Assembly: GCA_035267185.1 (NCBI GenBank)
Contig: DATFLY010000127.1
Location: 27,894 to 91,893, forward strand
Source of the DNA: Lysobacterales bacterium
Lineage (GTDB): Bacteria; Pseudomonadota; Gammaproteobacteria; Xanthomonadales; SZUA-36
Length of the DNA: 64,000 nt
Reading direction: 5' to 3'
A model generated the notes under the pieces. The model was given only the letters and a program-made list of their open reading frames with translations, made no database searches and was not told where the DNA came from. Shown piece after piece: positions 8,892-18,873 of this stretch; positions within the stretch are counted from its first letter, which is position 1; every line of letters starts with the position of its first letter. A program made the position numbers and the translations under genes.

Positions 8892-10337
8892 ATGAATGAA
8901 ATAACATCCCCTGAAGGCGCTGGTGCGCCATCGTCGGCAGAATCAACCCCTTTGCTTCCCTGCCACATCATAATTGCCCACCCGGATAAGCCAAAATTCC
9001 TGGTCATCAGGCACAGTGGCGATCATTGGTCACCCCCGATGCTCAAGGTTCCGGTTGCAGGCTCGATCATGTACAAGCCTGCAATGATCAATCGAGGCAT
9101 GATGAAGAAGTATGGCTTGAGGACGACTGTTCTGAGAATCGTCATGGAGGCCCAGAATTATGTCCTGATCGAACTGGAGCTTCATGCCAGTTCAAAAAGA
9201 CAGATGCAGGCTGTCTGGGTGGGTCGTGAAGAATATGCCCAGTTCAAAAAACGCGGGGATGACGACACCGATCCTTTTGAGTTCTGGCTGCAGGAGAAAG
9301 AGGATGGCGAGGTATCTGATCTGCGAGCACCCTGGCAGAGATATGGCTGGTATCAAAGGGCTGATGAATGGTTGACGCAAAAGCTGGTTGAGCTTGGGAT
9401 TCAGGAAAGGGGGTCAATACAGCAGTTCAAGGCAGGATGGCCAATGGCCTGTATTTTGCGCGTCTCAACGTCGCAGGGCCAGGTGTATCTGAAGAGCAGT
9501 TACAACAAAAAACCGGGAGAGGCGCGCCTGACTAATTTACTGGCCGGGAAGTGGCCTGAACATGTCCCCGCACCATTGGCGAGCGATGAAGCAAGCAACT
9601 GGATGGTGCTGCGGGATTTTAAACTCAGAAACGAAAACATACCGTCCTGGAATGATCTTCCTGAGTTTGCCAGGGTCCTTGGAAAAATCCAGGTCGGACT
9701 GATGGACGAGTTGGAAAACCTTAAGGAAATTGAATGTGGCAACATGAATCTCGATTTTCTGTGTAATACCGACGGGCGATCACAAGATCTGTTTGAGTCC
9801 TCAGTGGCGCTCTTGCAGGAAGGTCAGAACGCGCTGACTGATGATGACCTGGATTTATTCAGGTCTTCAGTCTTGGAAATACATGAATCATGCAGAGAAC
9901 TGGAGTGTTTTGAAATTCCGGATAGTTTGTCACACCTTGATTTCAGGCCTGATAACCTGTTCGTTGAGGATGGCAGGTATTTTGTGATCGACTGGGCGGA
10001 TGTGGCCATCACGCACCCATTCATGGCGCTTTGTCGAACCCTGGATTTTTTCGAACACTACATGAATGAAGATATGGCGCTTGATGGACATGATCATATT
10101 GACCAGGAAGTGGTGAACAGCATGAAGGATGCATACCTGGCTAACTTTGTCGGTTTTCAGCCCCACGAGAAACTCGAGGAAGCATTCAGGATCGCGTATT
10201 CCATATACCCCTTGTTTTATTTCTATTACGTTGCCGGGCAAATCAGGCTGATTGAGCCAGGGTCACCGCATTCAGACCTGTTGGTTCACCTTTTAAAGTC
10301 CCGGGCAAGAATCCTGATCAGATCGGGAACGGAATAG
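8892..10337 (+). CDS. Aminoglycoside/choline-kinase-fold phosphotransferase with an N-terminal extension of about 150 aa (degenerate Nudix-like?)
   Basis: The C-terminal half carries the APH/ChoK catalytic loop HLDFRPDNLF and the VIDWAD metal-binding motif, plus a VYLK lysine. The N-terminus (HIIIAHPDKPKFLVIRHSGDHWSPPMLKV...) resembles a Nudix beta-grasp start, but the Nudix box is not intact. Confidence 0.6.
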   Translation: MNEITSPEGAGAPSSAESTPLLPCHIIIAHPDKPKFLVIRHSGDHWSPPMLKVPVAGSIMYKPAMINRGMMKKYGLRTTVLRIVMEAQNYVLIELELHASSKRQMQAVWVGREEYAQFKKRGDDDTDPFEFWLQEKEDGEVSDLRAPWQRYGWYQRADEWLTQKLVELGIQERGSIQQFKAGWPMACILRVSTSQGQVYLKSSYNKKPGEARLTNLLAGKWPEHVPAPLASDEASNWMVLRDFKLRNENIPSWNDLPEFARVLGKIQVGLMDELENLKEIECGNMNLDFLCNTDGRSQDLFESSVALLQEGQNALTDDDLDLFRSSVLEIHESCRELECFEIPDSLSHLDFRPDNLFVEDGRYFVIDWADVAITHPFMALCRTLDFFEHYMNEDMALDGHDHIDQEVVNSMKDAYLANFVGFQPHEKLEEAFRIAYSIYPLFYFYYVAGQIRLIEPGSPHSDLLVHLLKSRARILIRSGTE

Positions 10338-10386
10338 GATCAGCTGGTTTCTCATCATTTGAGAGATACCCTGTTAACCTGAGTAC

Positions 10387-11325
10387 ATGAAAACGGTGAC
10401 GGACAAAACCAGCACTCCGACTGCGGCACCCGGGCGCCTGGTAATTGCGCTGTCTTCACAGGCGCTTTTTGACATGCGTCACAGCCACGAGGTTTTCGAA
10501 ACACAGGGGCTGAAGGCCTATGCCGAATACCAGGTGGAACATGAGAATGAACTTCTGGAGCCAGGTGTGGCTTTTCCCCTTGCCAGGAAACTGTTGGCGC
10601 TTAACGAGGACGAGGTTGAGCACCCGGTGGTCGAGGTCATATTGCTGTCGCGAAACAGTGCTGACACCGGCCTGAGAATATTCAACAGCATTGAACATTA
10701 TGACCTGAATATTGAGCGGGCAGCATTCACAAGTGGCGCAAGTCCCTGGCGCTATATGACGGCTTATAATGCCGACCTGTGGCTCTCTACCAACGGTGCG
10801 GACGTCGGCAGGGCGCTTAAATCGGGCTACGCGGCTGCGACTATTCTTCCCTGCGGGGCAAATCGCAACCAGGAGCCGGTTGAAGAGCGGGAACTGCGAA
10901 TCGCATTTGATGGTGATGCGGTCATTTTTAGTGATGAGGCCGAGCGCGTCTACCAGGCCGGCGGGCTTGATGCTTTTGCCGACAGTGAACGTGCCGCGGC
11001 AAACCAGCCACTGTCAGGCGGGCCTTTCAAACGGGTCCTTGAGGCGCTTCACAAGATTCAGTCGGCGTATCCGCAGGAAAACAATCCCATCCGCACGGCC
11101 CTGGTCACTGCGCGCTCCGCGCCGGCTCACAAACGAGTGGTTCTGACGCTCAGGGAATGGGGTATTCGTATTGATGAAGCGCTTTTTCTTGGCGGACGTG
11201 CCAAGGGAGAGTTCCTGAAAGCGTTTGGTGCTGACATCTTTTTTGATGATCAGCAGGTTCATATCGAGTCTGCCAGCGCGCATGTCACGGCAGCGCATGT
11301 GCCGTTCGGTGTCGTCAACGAGTAA
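10387..11325 (+). CDS. 5'-nucleotidase family protein (bacterial cytosolic 5'-nucleotidase-like, HAD-related)
   Basis: 312 aa. I recognise the pattern LVIALSSQALFDM...YQVEHENELLEPGVAFPLARKLL...VEVILLSRNSADTGLRIFNSIEHYDLNIERAAFTSG...IAFDGDAVIFSDEAE...FFDDQ as this family. It was not verified by a search. Confidence 0.55.
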   Translation: MKTVTDKTSTPTAAPGRLVIALSSQALFDMRHSHEVFETQGLKAYAEYQVEHENELLEPGVAFPLARKLLALNEDEVEHPVVEVILLSRNSADTGLRIFNSIEHYDLNIERAAFTSGASPWRYMTAYNADLWLSTNGADVGRALKSGYAAATILPCGANRNQEPVEERELRIAFDGDAVIFSDEAERVYQAGGLDAFADSERAAANQPLSGGPFKRVLEALHKIQSAYPQENNPIRTALVTARSAPAHKRVVLTLREWGIRIDEALFLGGRAKGEFLKAFGADIFFDDQQVHIESASAHVTAAHVPFGVVNE

Positions 11326-11456
11326 GCTGGGCACGCCGGTACCTCGGTTTGTCATTTTCTTCACCGGTTTTATTGAATAATCACCACGCTTGATCAACCC
11401 ATAATAGGGTAGAATATCCCGCTGTTTTTCAGGCTTATATTGGTTTCGGAGTCGGT

Positions 11457-12620
11457 ATGTCCCAGTTAAATCCACTCGATCTTTACGACATTAATTCCCT
11501 GCTCACAGAAGAAGAGCAAATGATTCGCGACAGCGTTGCGAGATTTGTGGATGAAAGGGCCATGCCCCTGATTGCAAAACACTTCGACGATGCGACATTT
11601 CCTTCCGAGTTGGTGCCTGAAATCGCAGAGTTGGGACTGCTGGGATCCAGCCTTGAAGGCTATGGATGCGCTGGTCTTAACGCGGTGTCATATGGCCTGA
11701 TTTGCCAGGAACTGGAGCGATGTGACTCGGGACTGAGGAGTTTTGTATCGGTTCAGTCCAGTCTCGCCATGTATCCAATCTACGCATACGGCTCAGAGGA
11801 ACAAAAACAACGCTGGTTGCCCGGCATGGCGGCAGGCGAAATCATTGGCTGCTTCGGCCTGACTGAGTCGCATGGAGGCTCTGATCCGGGCGCCATGAAA
11901 ACACATGCAAAACGTGATGGTGATGACTGGATCATCAATGGTTCCAAGATGTGGATTACCAATGGTTCAGTTGCTGATATTGCGGTGGTCTGGGCGATGA
12001 CCGAAGAGGGAATCATGGGCTTTGTGATTGAAAAGGACATGCCCGGATTCGATGCGCCGGAAATTCACTCCAAGATGTCATTACGGGCCTCGGTCACATC
12101 AGAATTGTATTTCGACAATGTCCGTGTTCCGGAGTCAAACCGTCTTCCTGAAGTCGTGGGACTGAAGGGTCCATTGGGCTGCCTGACACAGGCTCGTTAC
12201 GGAATTACCTGGGGTCCAATCGGCTCTGCCGTCGCCTGTATGAAAGAGGTGATCGACTATACCGCGGATCGCAAGTTATTCGGCAGGCCGCTTGCTGCCA
12301 ACCAGGCAGTGCAGATTCGTATTGCTGAAATGGCCCGAAAAATCACTTCCGCCCAGCTGCTTTCTCTGAGGCTGGGGCGCTTGAAAGATGAAGGCAAGAT
12401 GGCGCATTCACAGGTCAGCCTGGCCAAGTGGAACAATGTCCGAATGGCACTCGATATTGCACGGGATTGTCGTGATCTGCTCGGTGGAAGTGGCATCACC
12501 ACTGAATACCAGGCGATCAGGCATATGCTGAACCTGGAAAGCGTGATCACCTACGAGGGCACTGAAACTGTTCATCAACTGGTGATCGGGCGGGAACTCA
12601 CCGGAATTAACGCTTTTTAA
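11457..12620 (+). CDS. gcdH: Glutaryl-CoA dehydrogenase
   Basis: 387 aa. ACAD fold with the GcdH-typical N-terminus (LDLYDINSLLTEEEQMIRDSVARFV), GCFGLTESHGGSDPGAMKT and TYEGTETVHQLVIGRELTGINAF. Confidence 0.85.
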   Translation: MSQLNPLDLYDINSLLTEEEQMIRDSVARFVDERAMPLIAKHFDDATFPSELVPEIAELGLLGSSLEGYGCAGLNAVSYGLICQELERCDSGLRSFVSVQSSLAMYPIYAYGSEEQKQRWLPGMAAGEIIGCFGLTESHGGSDPGAMKTHAKRDGDDWIINGSKMWITNGSVADIAVVWAMTEEGIMGFVIEKDMPGFDAPEIHSKMSLRASVTSELYFDNVRVPESNRLPEVVGLKGPLGCLTQARYGITWGPIGSAVACMKEVIDYTADRKLFGRPLAANQAVQIRIAEMARKITSAQLLSLRLGRLKDEGKMAHSQVSLAKWNNVRMALDIARDCRDLLGGSGITTEYQAIRHMLNLESVITYEGTETVHQLVIGRELTGINAF

Positions 12621-12644
12621 TTTGGGAGTTCGTGGTTGTGCCGT

Positions 12645-14309
12645 TCATGGCATGGACGCATCGCGTATCGCGCGAAATTCATTGCCTTCATACCACTGGG
12701 GCCAGTTTTCGCTGTCAACAACGTCAAGTCCCACTTCGAACAACAGTGAAATATCTTCCATCATGCCTCGCGGGTCCCACTCATCACTGACTTCGTCAGC
12801 GGGTTGATGGTATTTGATCGCATAATATTCCCTGCTTTTTTCCAGCCCGTATTCTTCTCCAAGTTTACGGTTATCCACGCCGGACTTTATGTAAAGCATG
12901 GGAACCCCTTTCTTCGCAAAAGCGAAGTGATCTGAGCGATAGTAGCTGCCGCGTTCAGGATTTGGTTCAGGTTTAACCTCGCGTTCCTGGGCCCTGGCGG
13001 CATACCTGAGGATGTCTTCCAGTTCGGATGAGCCGAAACCGACCACGGTGACATCCCTGGCACGCCCATACTGCAGCATTGCGTCCATGTTGACGCCAGC
13101 GACTGTCTTGTTCATCGGGAACACGGGATTCGCTGCATACCACTCAGAACCCAGCTTGCCGGATTCCTCTGCGGTTACAGCAAGGAATGCAACGCTTCGA
13201 AGGGACCCTGTCGGTAGCGCCGTAAAGGCATGGGCAAGTTCAATCAGGGCAGATACTCCCGTGGCGTTGTCTACCGCGCCGTTGTAGATCACATCCTCAC
13301 TGGGGTCGTCTGATTCCCTGGTGCCAATGTGATCCCAGTGCGCCATATAAATGAAAGCTTCATCCGGAGATTCAGTGCCAGCTAAAAGTCCGCCAACGTT
13401 GTATGACTCGCCACGTTTGATGTCGTTTTCAACGCTGGCGTTCAACGTGAATCCAATTGGAACGGGCTCAAACTCGGGACTAAGGGCGCGTTTTTTCAGT
13501 TCTTCAAGATCCAGCCCGGATTCAGAAAGAAGTGCAGTTGCCTGATCCAGTTGAATCCACGAGCCCAATAGGACGGTGGGTGGGGCAGAGTCGGTTTGGG
13601 GCAAAGCAAAATCAGTGCCGCTCCAGCTGTTTCGGACCGTGTCCCAGCCATATGATGCAGGTGCAGTTTCGTGAACCAAGATCACAGCAGAAGCCCCTTG
13701 CCTGGCTGCTTCTTCGAGTTTGTAAGTCCAGCGGCCGTAGTAGGTCATGGCTTTTCCCCTGAATACAGACTCGTTCTCGAGGGTGAATCCGGGGTCGTTG
13801 ACCAGGACAAGCGCCGTCTTGCCCGTCATGTCGATGCCCTTGTAATCATTCCAGTCATATTCAGGTGCGACAACGCCGTAACCCGCAAATACAATTTCGC
13901 TGTCACTGACGGATACCCTGGGCTCAACCCGCTGGGTCCAGGCGACAAATTCATCTGCATAGACCAGTGATTTGCTGTTCGGGCCCCTTGTGAATGACAT
14001 GCTTGCCGTTTCTGAATTGACGGTCATCGATATCAGGGGAACCGGCTGCAGAAAACTGTCACCGAACAGGGGTTCCAGTCCGGCCTCACGAAACTTCTTT
14101 TCAAGAAAATCCAGGGTGAGTTTCTCACCTTCTGTCATTGGCGCGCGGCCGCCAAATTCATCAGAAGACAGTATGCTGACATTCTCGAGAAACCTGTTCG
14201 CCCTGAGGTTTTTATTGAGTTGCTTTGTTTCACTGACGGATGCTATCTCAGCGACCACAAGAGCGGGAAACAAGCAGATAAAAGACATCAATATTAGTTT
14301 GTAAGGCAT
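12645..14309 (-). CDS. Secreted M28-family metallo-aminopeptidase with a PA domain
   Basis: 554 aa with an N-terminal signal peptide, HWDHIG and NGAVDNATGVSALIELA zinc-ligand motifs, and EESGKLGS. Confidence 0.8.
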   Translation of the reverse strand: MPYKLILMSFICLFPALVVAEIASVSETKQLNKNLRANRFLENVSILSSDEFGGRAPMTEGEKLTLDFLEKKFREAGLEPLFGDSFLQPVPLISMTVNSETASMSFTRGPNSKSLVYADEFVAWTQRVEPRVSVSDSEIVFAGYGVVAPEYDWNDYKGIDMTGKTALVLVNDPGFTLENESVFRGKAMTYYGRWTYKLEEAARQGASAVILVHETAPASYGWDTVRNSWSGTDFALPQTDSAPPTVLLGSWIQLDQATALLSESGLDLEELKKRALSPEFEPVPIGFTLNASVENDIKRGESYNVGGLLAGTESPDEAFIYMAHWDHIGTRESDDPSEDVIYNGAVDNATGVSALIELAHAFTALPTGSLRSVAFLAVTAEESGKLGSEWYAANPVFPMNKTVAGVNMDAMLQYGRARDVTVVGFGSSELEDILRYAARAQEREVKPEPNPERGSYYRSDHFAFAKKGVPMLYIKSGVDNRKLGEEYGLEKSREYYAIKYHQPADEVSDEWDPRGMMEDISLLFEVGLDVVDSENWPQWYEGNEFRAIRDASMP

Positions 14310-14322
14310 TGAAATATATTTC

Positions 14323-15339
14323 CTAATTGAAATTCACAATCCGAGGTTCGGGCTCAAGCGTGATATCAAACTCAGTTCTGACCGTTTCCCTGATGGTTTG
14401 GGCCAGTTCCAGGAGCTCCTTTCCTGTTCCACCACCATGATTGACCAGAACGAGTGCATGTTGATCTGAAACCCCAACCGCGCCGGTCCGAAAGCCTTTG
14501 AATCCGCAATGCTCGATCATCCATGCAGCGGATAACTTTACCTGCATGTTTTCGCCGGGCCAGACTGGGATTTCAGGATATTGATCTTTCAGAGGAACTG
14601 ATTGGGTCTGCGAGATCAGAGGGTTCTTGAAGAAACTGCCGGCATTTCCGATCATGGCAGGCGACGGGAGCTTTCGCTGTCTTATTCGGATCACTGCATC
14701 AAATACTGCCCTTTGATTTACAGGGCCGATCGCAGACTGACGAATTTCCTGCTCAAGTGCAGGGTAAGAAACCTGCGGACAAAATTCACGATTCAGTCTT
14801 AACCCCAGGGAAGTGATCAGGTAACGATCCGGATACTTCGATTTGAAAAGGCTGTCGCGGTAAGTGAACAGGCATTCTTCTGCAGAAAATACCTGCCATC
14901 GCTGCTTGTGAAGATCCCATGTCGTGACTGAATCCACGACTGATTCGAGTTCAACTCCATAAGCTCCGATGTTCTGAATGGGCGCGGAACCGACGCACCC
15001 GGGAATCAATGCGAGGTTTTCCACACCACAAAACCCCTGGTCAACAGTCCAGCCGACAAAATCATGCCAGTCCTCTCCGCCACCAACCTCGACAACAACG
15101 TGCTTTTCGTGTTCCCGGATGATGTGATGGCCCGGAATTCTGTTCAGATAAACCGTTCCCGGAATATCAGACACCAGTAATACATTGCTGCCGCCGCCAA
15201 GGATCAGGTCCCGGGAGGGGTCATGCAATGGCAACGCCAATACATCTTCTTCAGATTCAATATCGATTCTCAGGTTCGCTTTCGCCTCGACACCAAAGGT
15301 ATTCAGTTCTCCAAGAGAGGGGGATTCTGAAATTTTCAT
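14323..15339 (-). CDS. murB: UDP-N-acetylenolpyruvoylglucosamine reductase
   Basis: MKISESPSLGELNTFGVEAKA..., GGGSNVL, and the C-terminus GSFFKNP...SAAWMIEHCGFKG. I place the start at ATG 15339, which overlaps the pyrD stop (ATGA). The track start at 15372 would lie inside pyrD. Confidence 0.9.
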   Translation of the reverse strand: MKISESPSLGELNTFGVEAKANLRIDIESEEDVLALPLHDPSRDLILGGGSNVLLVSDIPGTVYLNRIPGHHIIREHEKHVVVEVGGGEDWHDFVGWTVDQGFCGVENLALIPGCVGSAPIQNIGAYGVELESVVDSVTTWDLHKQRWQVFSAEECLFTYRDSLFKSKYPDRYLITSLGLRLNREFCPQVSYPALEQEIRQSAIGPVNQRAVFDAVIRIRQRKLPSPAMIGNAGSFFKNPLISQTQSVPLKDQYPEIPVWPGENMQVKLSAAWMIEHCGFKGFRTGAVGVSDQHALVLVNHGGGTGKELLELAQTIRETVRTEFDITLEPEPRIVNFN

Positions 15340-16361
15340 TGTTGGCGATGATGCCGAATGGCTTCGACACAATCAGTTATCAGCGATGGTCCCTTGTAGA
15401 TCAAGCCGGTGTAAAACTGGACAAGATCAGCGCCATGGGTCGTTTTGTCTGCGGCGTCCTGACCACGGGTAATGCCACCCAGGCCAATCAAGGCAATGTG
15501 ATCTGGCAATGCAGCTTTGAACTTGCCCAGGACACTGTCCGCCAGCGGTTTTAGTGGCGCACCGGACAAGCCCCCATCTTCTGAGGCATATTGATGGTCT
15601 TCAACGCCTGTGCGGGAAATCGTTGTATTGCCGGTTATCACCCCATCAATCCCGCTTTCGGAAATCGACCTGGCCATGACCTTGATTTCTTCATCACTGA
15701 GATCAGGCGCCACCTTGATGACCAATGGAGCCTGACGGGAGTGTTCCTCAGCCAGACGGTTTCTGGCTTCAACCAGGGCGAAGAGCAGGGCATCAAGGTA
15801 TGTCTCACCCTGTAGTTCGCGAAGGCCCGGAGTATTGGGGGAAGAGATGTTTACAGTGATGTAGTCGGCGTACGAATAGACACATTGCATGCAGTGAATG
15901 TAATCATCAGCTGCAGATTCGACAGGCGTATCCTTGTTTTTGCCAACATTGACGCCCAGAACGCCTTCATATCCGCTGCGCTCCAGTTGCCGCACCGTGT
16001 GGTCTACGCCTTTGCTGTTAAATCCCAGGCGATTGATGACCGCTGTTTCGTCAGGCAGGCGGAATATCCGTGGTTTGGGGTTGCCGGATTGCGGGCGTGG
16101 CAGCACTGATCCAATTTCTATGAAACCAAAGCCGAGTCGACCCAGGGCATCGATGTAGTCTCCATCCTTGTCCAGGCCTGCGGCAAGACCCACGGGGTTA
16201 TTGAATTCGAGGCCCATGCATTCAGTTGGCAGGCTCGTATTCTTGCACAGGAGCGCAGTCGCTCCTGTTGCCGAAGCCAGTTTGAGACTTTCAAGTGCCA
16301 GGTGCTGCGCCAATTCCGGCTCGGCAACAAACAGGGCTTTCTGTGCCAGCCGGTACAGCAT
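15336..16361 (-). CDS. pyrD: Dihydroorotate dehydrogenase (quinone), class 2
   Basis: 341 aa with GLEFNNPVGLAAGLDKDG, GFIEIGSV and NISSPNTPGLR motifs. Confidence 0.95.
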   Translation of the reverse strand: MLYRLAQKALFVAEPELAQHLALESLKLASATGATALLCKNTSLPTECMGLEFNNPVGLAAGLDKDGDYIDALGRLGFGFIEIGSVLPRPQSGNPKPRIFRLPDETAVINRLGFNSKGVDHTVRQLERSGYEGVLGVNVGKNKDTPVESAADDYIHCMQCVYSYADYITVNISSPNTPGLRELQGETYLDALLFALVEARNRLAEEHSRQAPLVIKVAPDLSDEEIKVMARSISESGIDGVITGNTTISRTGVEDHQYASEDGGLSGAPLKPLADSVLGKFKAALPDHIALIGLGGITRGQDAADKTTHGADLVQFYTGLIYKGPSLITDCVEAIRHHRQQ

Positions 16362-16391
16362 CCTGTCTTCAGTCCGTGTTTACGGAAATTA

Positions 16392-17933
16392 TCAAAGGTC
16401 GAACTTGATTCCCTGGGCCAGGGGCAACTCCCTTCCCCAGTTAATGGTGTTTGTTTGTCGACGCATATAGGCTTTCCATGCATCAGAACCGGATTCCCGA
16501 CCACCACCAGTGTCTTTTTCACCTCCAAAAGCGCCGCCAATCTCTGCCCCGGAGGTTCCGATGTTGACGTTGGCTATACCGCAATCCGAACCTGCAGCCG
16601 AAAGAAAGCGTTCAGCACTTCTCAGGTCATTGGTGAATATTGCCGAACTCAGACCCTGAGCCACGTTGTTGTGCATCTGCATGGCGTCGTCAAGATCTGA
16701 AAAAGTAATCACGTAAAGGATGGGCGCAAAAGTTTCTTCCTGGACGATCTTCCAGTCGTTACTTGCCTCGATAATGGTGGGCTCCACAAAAAAGCCGGGT
16801 CGATCAATCCTGTTTCCACCCGTCAGCACTTCGCCGCCCTCACCGCGGGCAGATTCAACCGCATCAAGGAATTGCTGCACCGCGCGTTCACCAGTCAGTG
16901 GCCCCATCAGGGTATCCGGATCCAGCGGATCGCCGATGCGAACCTGCTGATAGGCTTTGACAAGTGCTTCCTTGACGGAGCTTGCGATTGATTCGTGAAC
17001 AAACAGCCTTCGCGTTGAAGTGCAGCGTTGGCCGGCTGTGCCGACTGCGCCGAATACGATCGCTGGTATCGCCATTTTCATATCAGCTGTCTGATCGAGA
17101 ATGATCGCGTTGTTGCCCCCGAGTTCAAGAATGCTGCGACCCATTCGGGCAGCGACTCTCTCGCCTACTTCCCGACCCACTGCTGTCGAACCTGTAAAGG
17201 ACATCAGCTTGACGCGATGATCGCCAACAAATCTTTTTGCGAGTTCATTGCCGGTTTCGGTGAAGCTCAGGAAAATTGGAGGGAAGCCACCTTCCTTCAA
17301 GGCCTGGTTGCATATGTTTTGAACCGCAACACAGCAAAGAGCACCTTGTTCGGAGGGTTTCCAGACCGTCGCATTTCCGCAAATGGCGGAGAGAAATGCA
17401 TTCCATGCCCACACGGCGACAGGAAAATTGAATGCTGAAATAACACCCACGACGCCATAGGGGTGCCACTGTTCATACATCCGATGCTGAGGACGTTCTG
17501 AGTGCATGGTCAGGCCATAGAGCATCCTGGCCTGACCCACGGCAAAATCACCGATATCAATCATCTCCTGGACTTCACCATCGCCCTCGGCCTTGATCTT
17601 GCCCATTTCCAGGCTCACCAGGCTGCCGAGCGCGTCCTTGTGTTTGCGCAGGGCCTCGGTACAGATACGAACTGCCTCGCCGCGCATCGGTGCGGGTACG
17701 TTGCGCCACGATGAAAAGACTTTTTCGGCCGATTCGATCACTTTTTCATAATCGGATTGTGATGCGCTGTTTACCCGGGCAATGATTTCCCCGGTGGACG
17801 GATTGGTGGCTTCAATGACACCGGCATCCGTTGTATCGGACCATTCGTCCAGCCCAAAACAGGCACCGGAGTTGACAGGCTGGATTCCCAGGGAGCGAAG
17901 AAAATTTTGTGAGGCGTTGTTTGAATCATTCAT
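16392..17933 (-). CDS. amaB: ALDH7-type aldehyde dehydrogenase (alpha-aminoadipic semialdehyde / piperideine-6-carboxylate dehydrogenase)
   Basis: Near full-length collinearity with ALDH7A1/AmaB as I remember it ([75 protein letters not shown]). I place the start at ATG 17933, preceded by GGAGGG. The track start at 18206 adds 91 non-homologous residues. Confidence 0.85.
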   Translation of the reverse strand: MNDSNNASQNFLRSLGIQPVNSGACFGLDEWSDTTDAGVIEATNPSTGEIIARVNSASQSDYEKVIESAEKVFSSWRNVPAPMRGEAVRICTEALRKHKDALGSLVSLEMGKIKAEGDGEVQEMIDIGDFAVGQARMLYGLTMHSERPQHRMYEQWHPYGVVGVISAFNFPVAVWAWNAFLSAICGNATVWKPSEQGALCCVAVQNICNQALKEGGFPPIFLSFTETGNELAKRFVGDHRVKLMSFTGSTAVGREVGERVAARMGRSILELGGNNAIILDQTADMKMAIPAIVFGAVGTAGQRCTSTRRLFVHESIASSVKEALVKAYQQVRIGDPLDPDTLMGPLTGERAVQQFLDAVESARGEGGEVLTGGNRIDRPGFFVEPTIIEASNDWKIVQEETFAPILYVITFSDLDDAMQMHNNVAQGLSSAIFTNDLRSAERFLSAAGSDCGIANVNIGTSGAEIGGAFGGEKDTGGGRESGSDAWKAYMRRQTNTINWGRELPLAQGIKFDL

Positions 17934-18019
17934 CCCTCCATTATCGCACTCTAGTTGTTGCGTTGCACCATTCAGACCGGCCCCGATTATAAAAAAACCG
18001 GTTTTTAGTGAATCAGATT

Positions 18020-18047
18020 GGAACTCCGTAGTGCTAGCCCTGTCATA
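18020..18047 (+). promoter_or_regulatory. Candidate sigma-E (AlgU/RpoE)-dependent promoter upstream of rpoE
   Basis: GGAACTC-N16-TCATA, compared with the consensus GGAACTT-N16-TCAAA/TCTGA. It lies about 218 nt upstream of the rpoE ATG in the 331-nt amaB/rpoE divergent intergenic region. Confidence 0.45.
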
Positions 18048-18264
18048 CCGCACAGCAGCACTGAAATCGGAATTTAAAAGCCCGCTTTTCAGCACGCAGT
18101 TTAACTGGGCAGCCCACCAACGGTGGCGTGATATGCTCACTGGAGGGAGCCGGCACATGACGGCAGTAAGCATCAGAAAACTGGACCCGGAAGATATGCG
18201 GATCACAAAACCGCGAAAGTCCTCTGTTGAAACGGTCCAAGAAGGAGTGAAAGGGCGTGCCCCA

Positions 18265-18846
18265 ATGAGTGAAGCCCAGGTTGACCAGCTTCTGGTCGAG
18301 CGGGTTCAAAAAGGCGACAAGACTGCCTTCGACCTGCTGATTAACAAATATCAGCACAGGATCATCAGCCTGGTGTCACGTTATGTCGGCGACCAGGCCG
18401 AGGCCATGGATGTTGCGCAGGAGGCTTTTATCAAGGCCTATCGTGCGATTGGTAAGTTCCGAGGCGACAGCGCGTTCTACACATGGTTGTACCGGATTGC
18501 GATCAACACGGCCAAGAACTGGCTGGTTGCCAGGAAGCGGCGTCCGCCAGCTTCGGATATCGATGCAGCAGATGCAGAGCAGTACGACATGGAAAGCCGC
18601 CTCAAGGATCGCGGAACACCCGAAAACGAAATGATGCGGGACGAAATCAAGGAAACCGTTTTTAACACGATTTCCCAGCTTCCTGACGATCTCAGAACCG
18701 CCATCATGCTTCGTGAAATCGAAGGCATGAGTTACGACGACATTGCGACCACCATGGAATGCCCAATCGGTACGGTCAGGTCGCGAATCTTCCGGGCAAG
18801 AGAAGCAATTGACGAAAAACTTCGACCATTAATCGATGGCGACTAA
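18265..18846 (+). CDS. rpoE: ECF sigma factor sigma-E (RpoE/AlgU)
   Basis: 193 aa from [30 protein letters not shown]..., which closely resembles RpoE/AlgU. The longer track ORF (from 17782) is an upstream read-through. Confidence 0.95.
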   Translation: MSEAQVDQLLVERVQKGDKTAFDLLINKYQHRIISLVSRYVGDQAEAMDVAQEAFIKAYRAIGKFRGDSAFYTWLYRIAINTAKNWLVARKRRPPASDIDAADAEQYDMESRLKDRGTPENEMMRDEIKETVFNTISQLPDDLRTAIMLREIEGMSYDDIATTMECPIGTVRSRIFRAREAIDEKLRPLIDGD

Positions 18847-18873
18847 AACAGGCACAGGTAAACAGGCACTAAA

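Noticed and set aside
17985-18006. The palindrome AAAAACCGGTTTTT in the amaB/rpoE intergenic region, considered as a bidirectional terminator.
   Set aside because: Its GC core is only 4 bp, and it sits between divergent gene starts where no terminator is expected. It is more likely chance or a minor protein site.
17934-18264. The track ORFs extend amaB (to 18206) and rpoE (from 17782) across this region, which would make the two genes overlap head to head.
   Set aside because: Homology to ALDH7 and to RpoE begins at the internal ATGs (17933 and 18265), both with sensible RBS or promoter context. The extensions are non-homologous read-through of a 331-nt divergent intergenic region.
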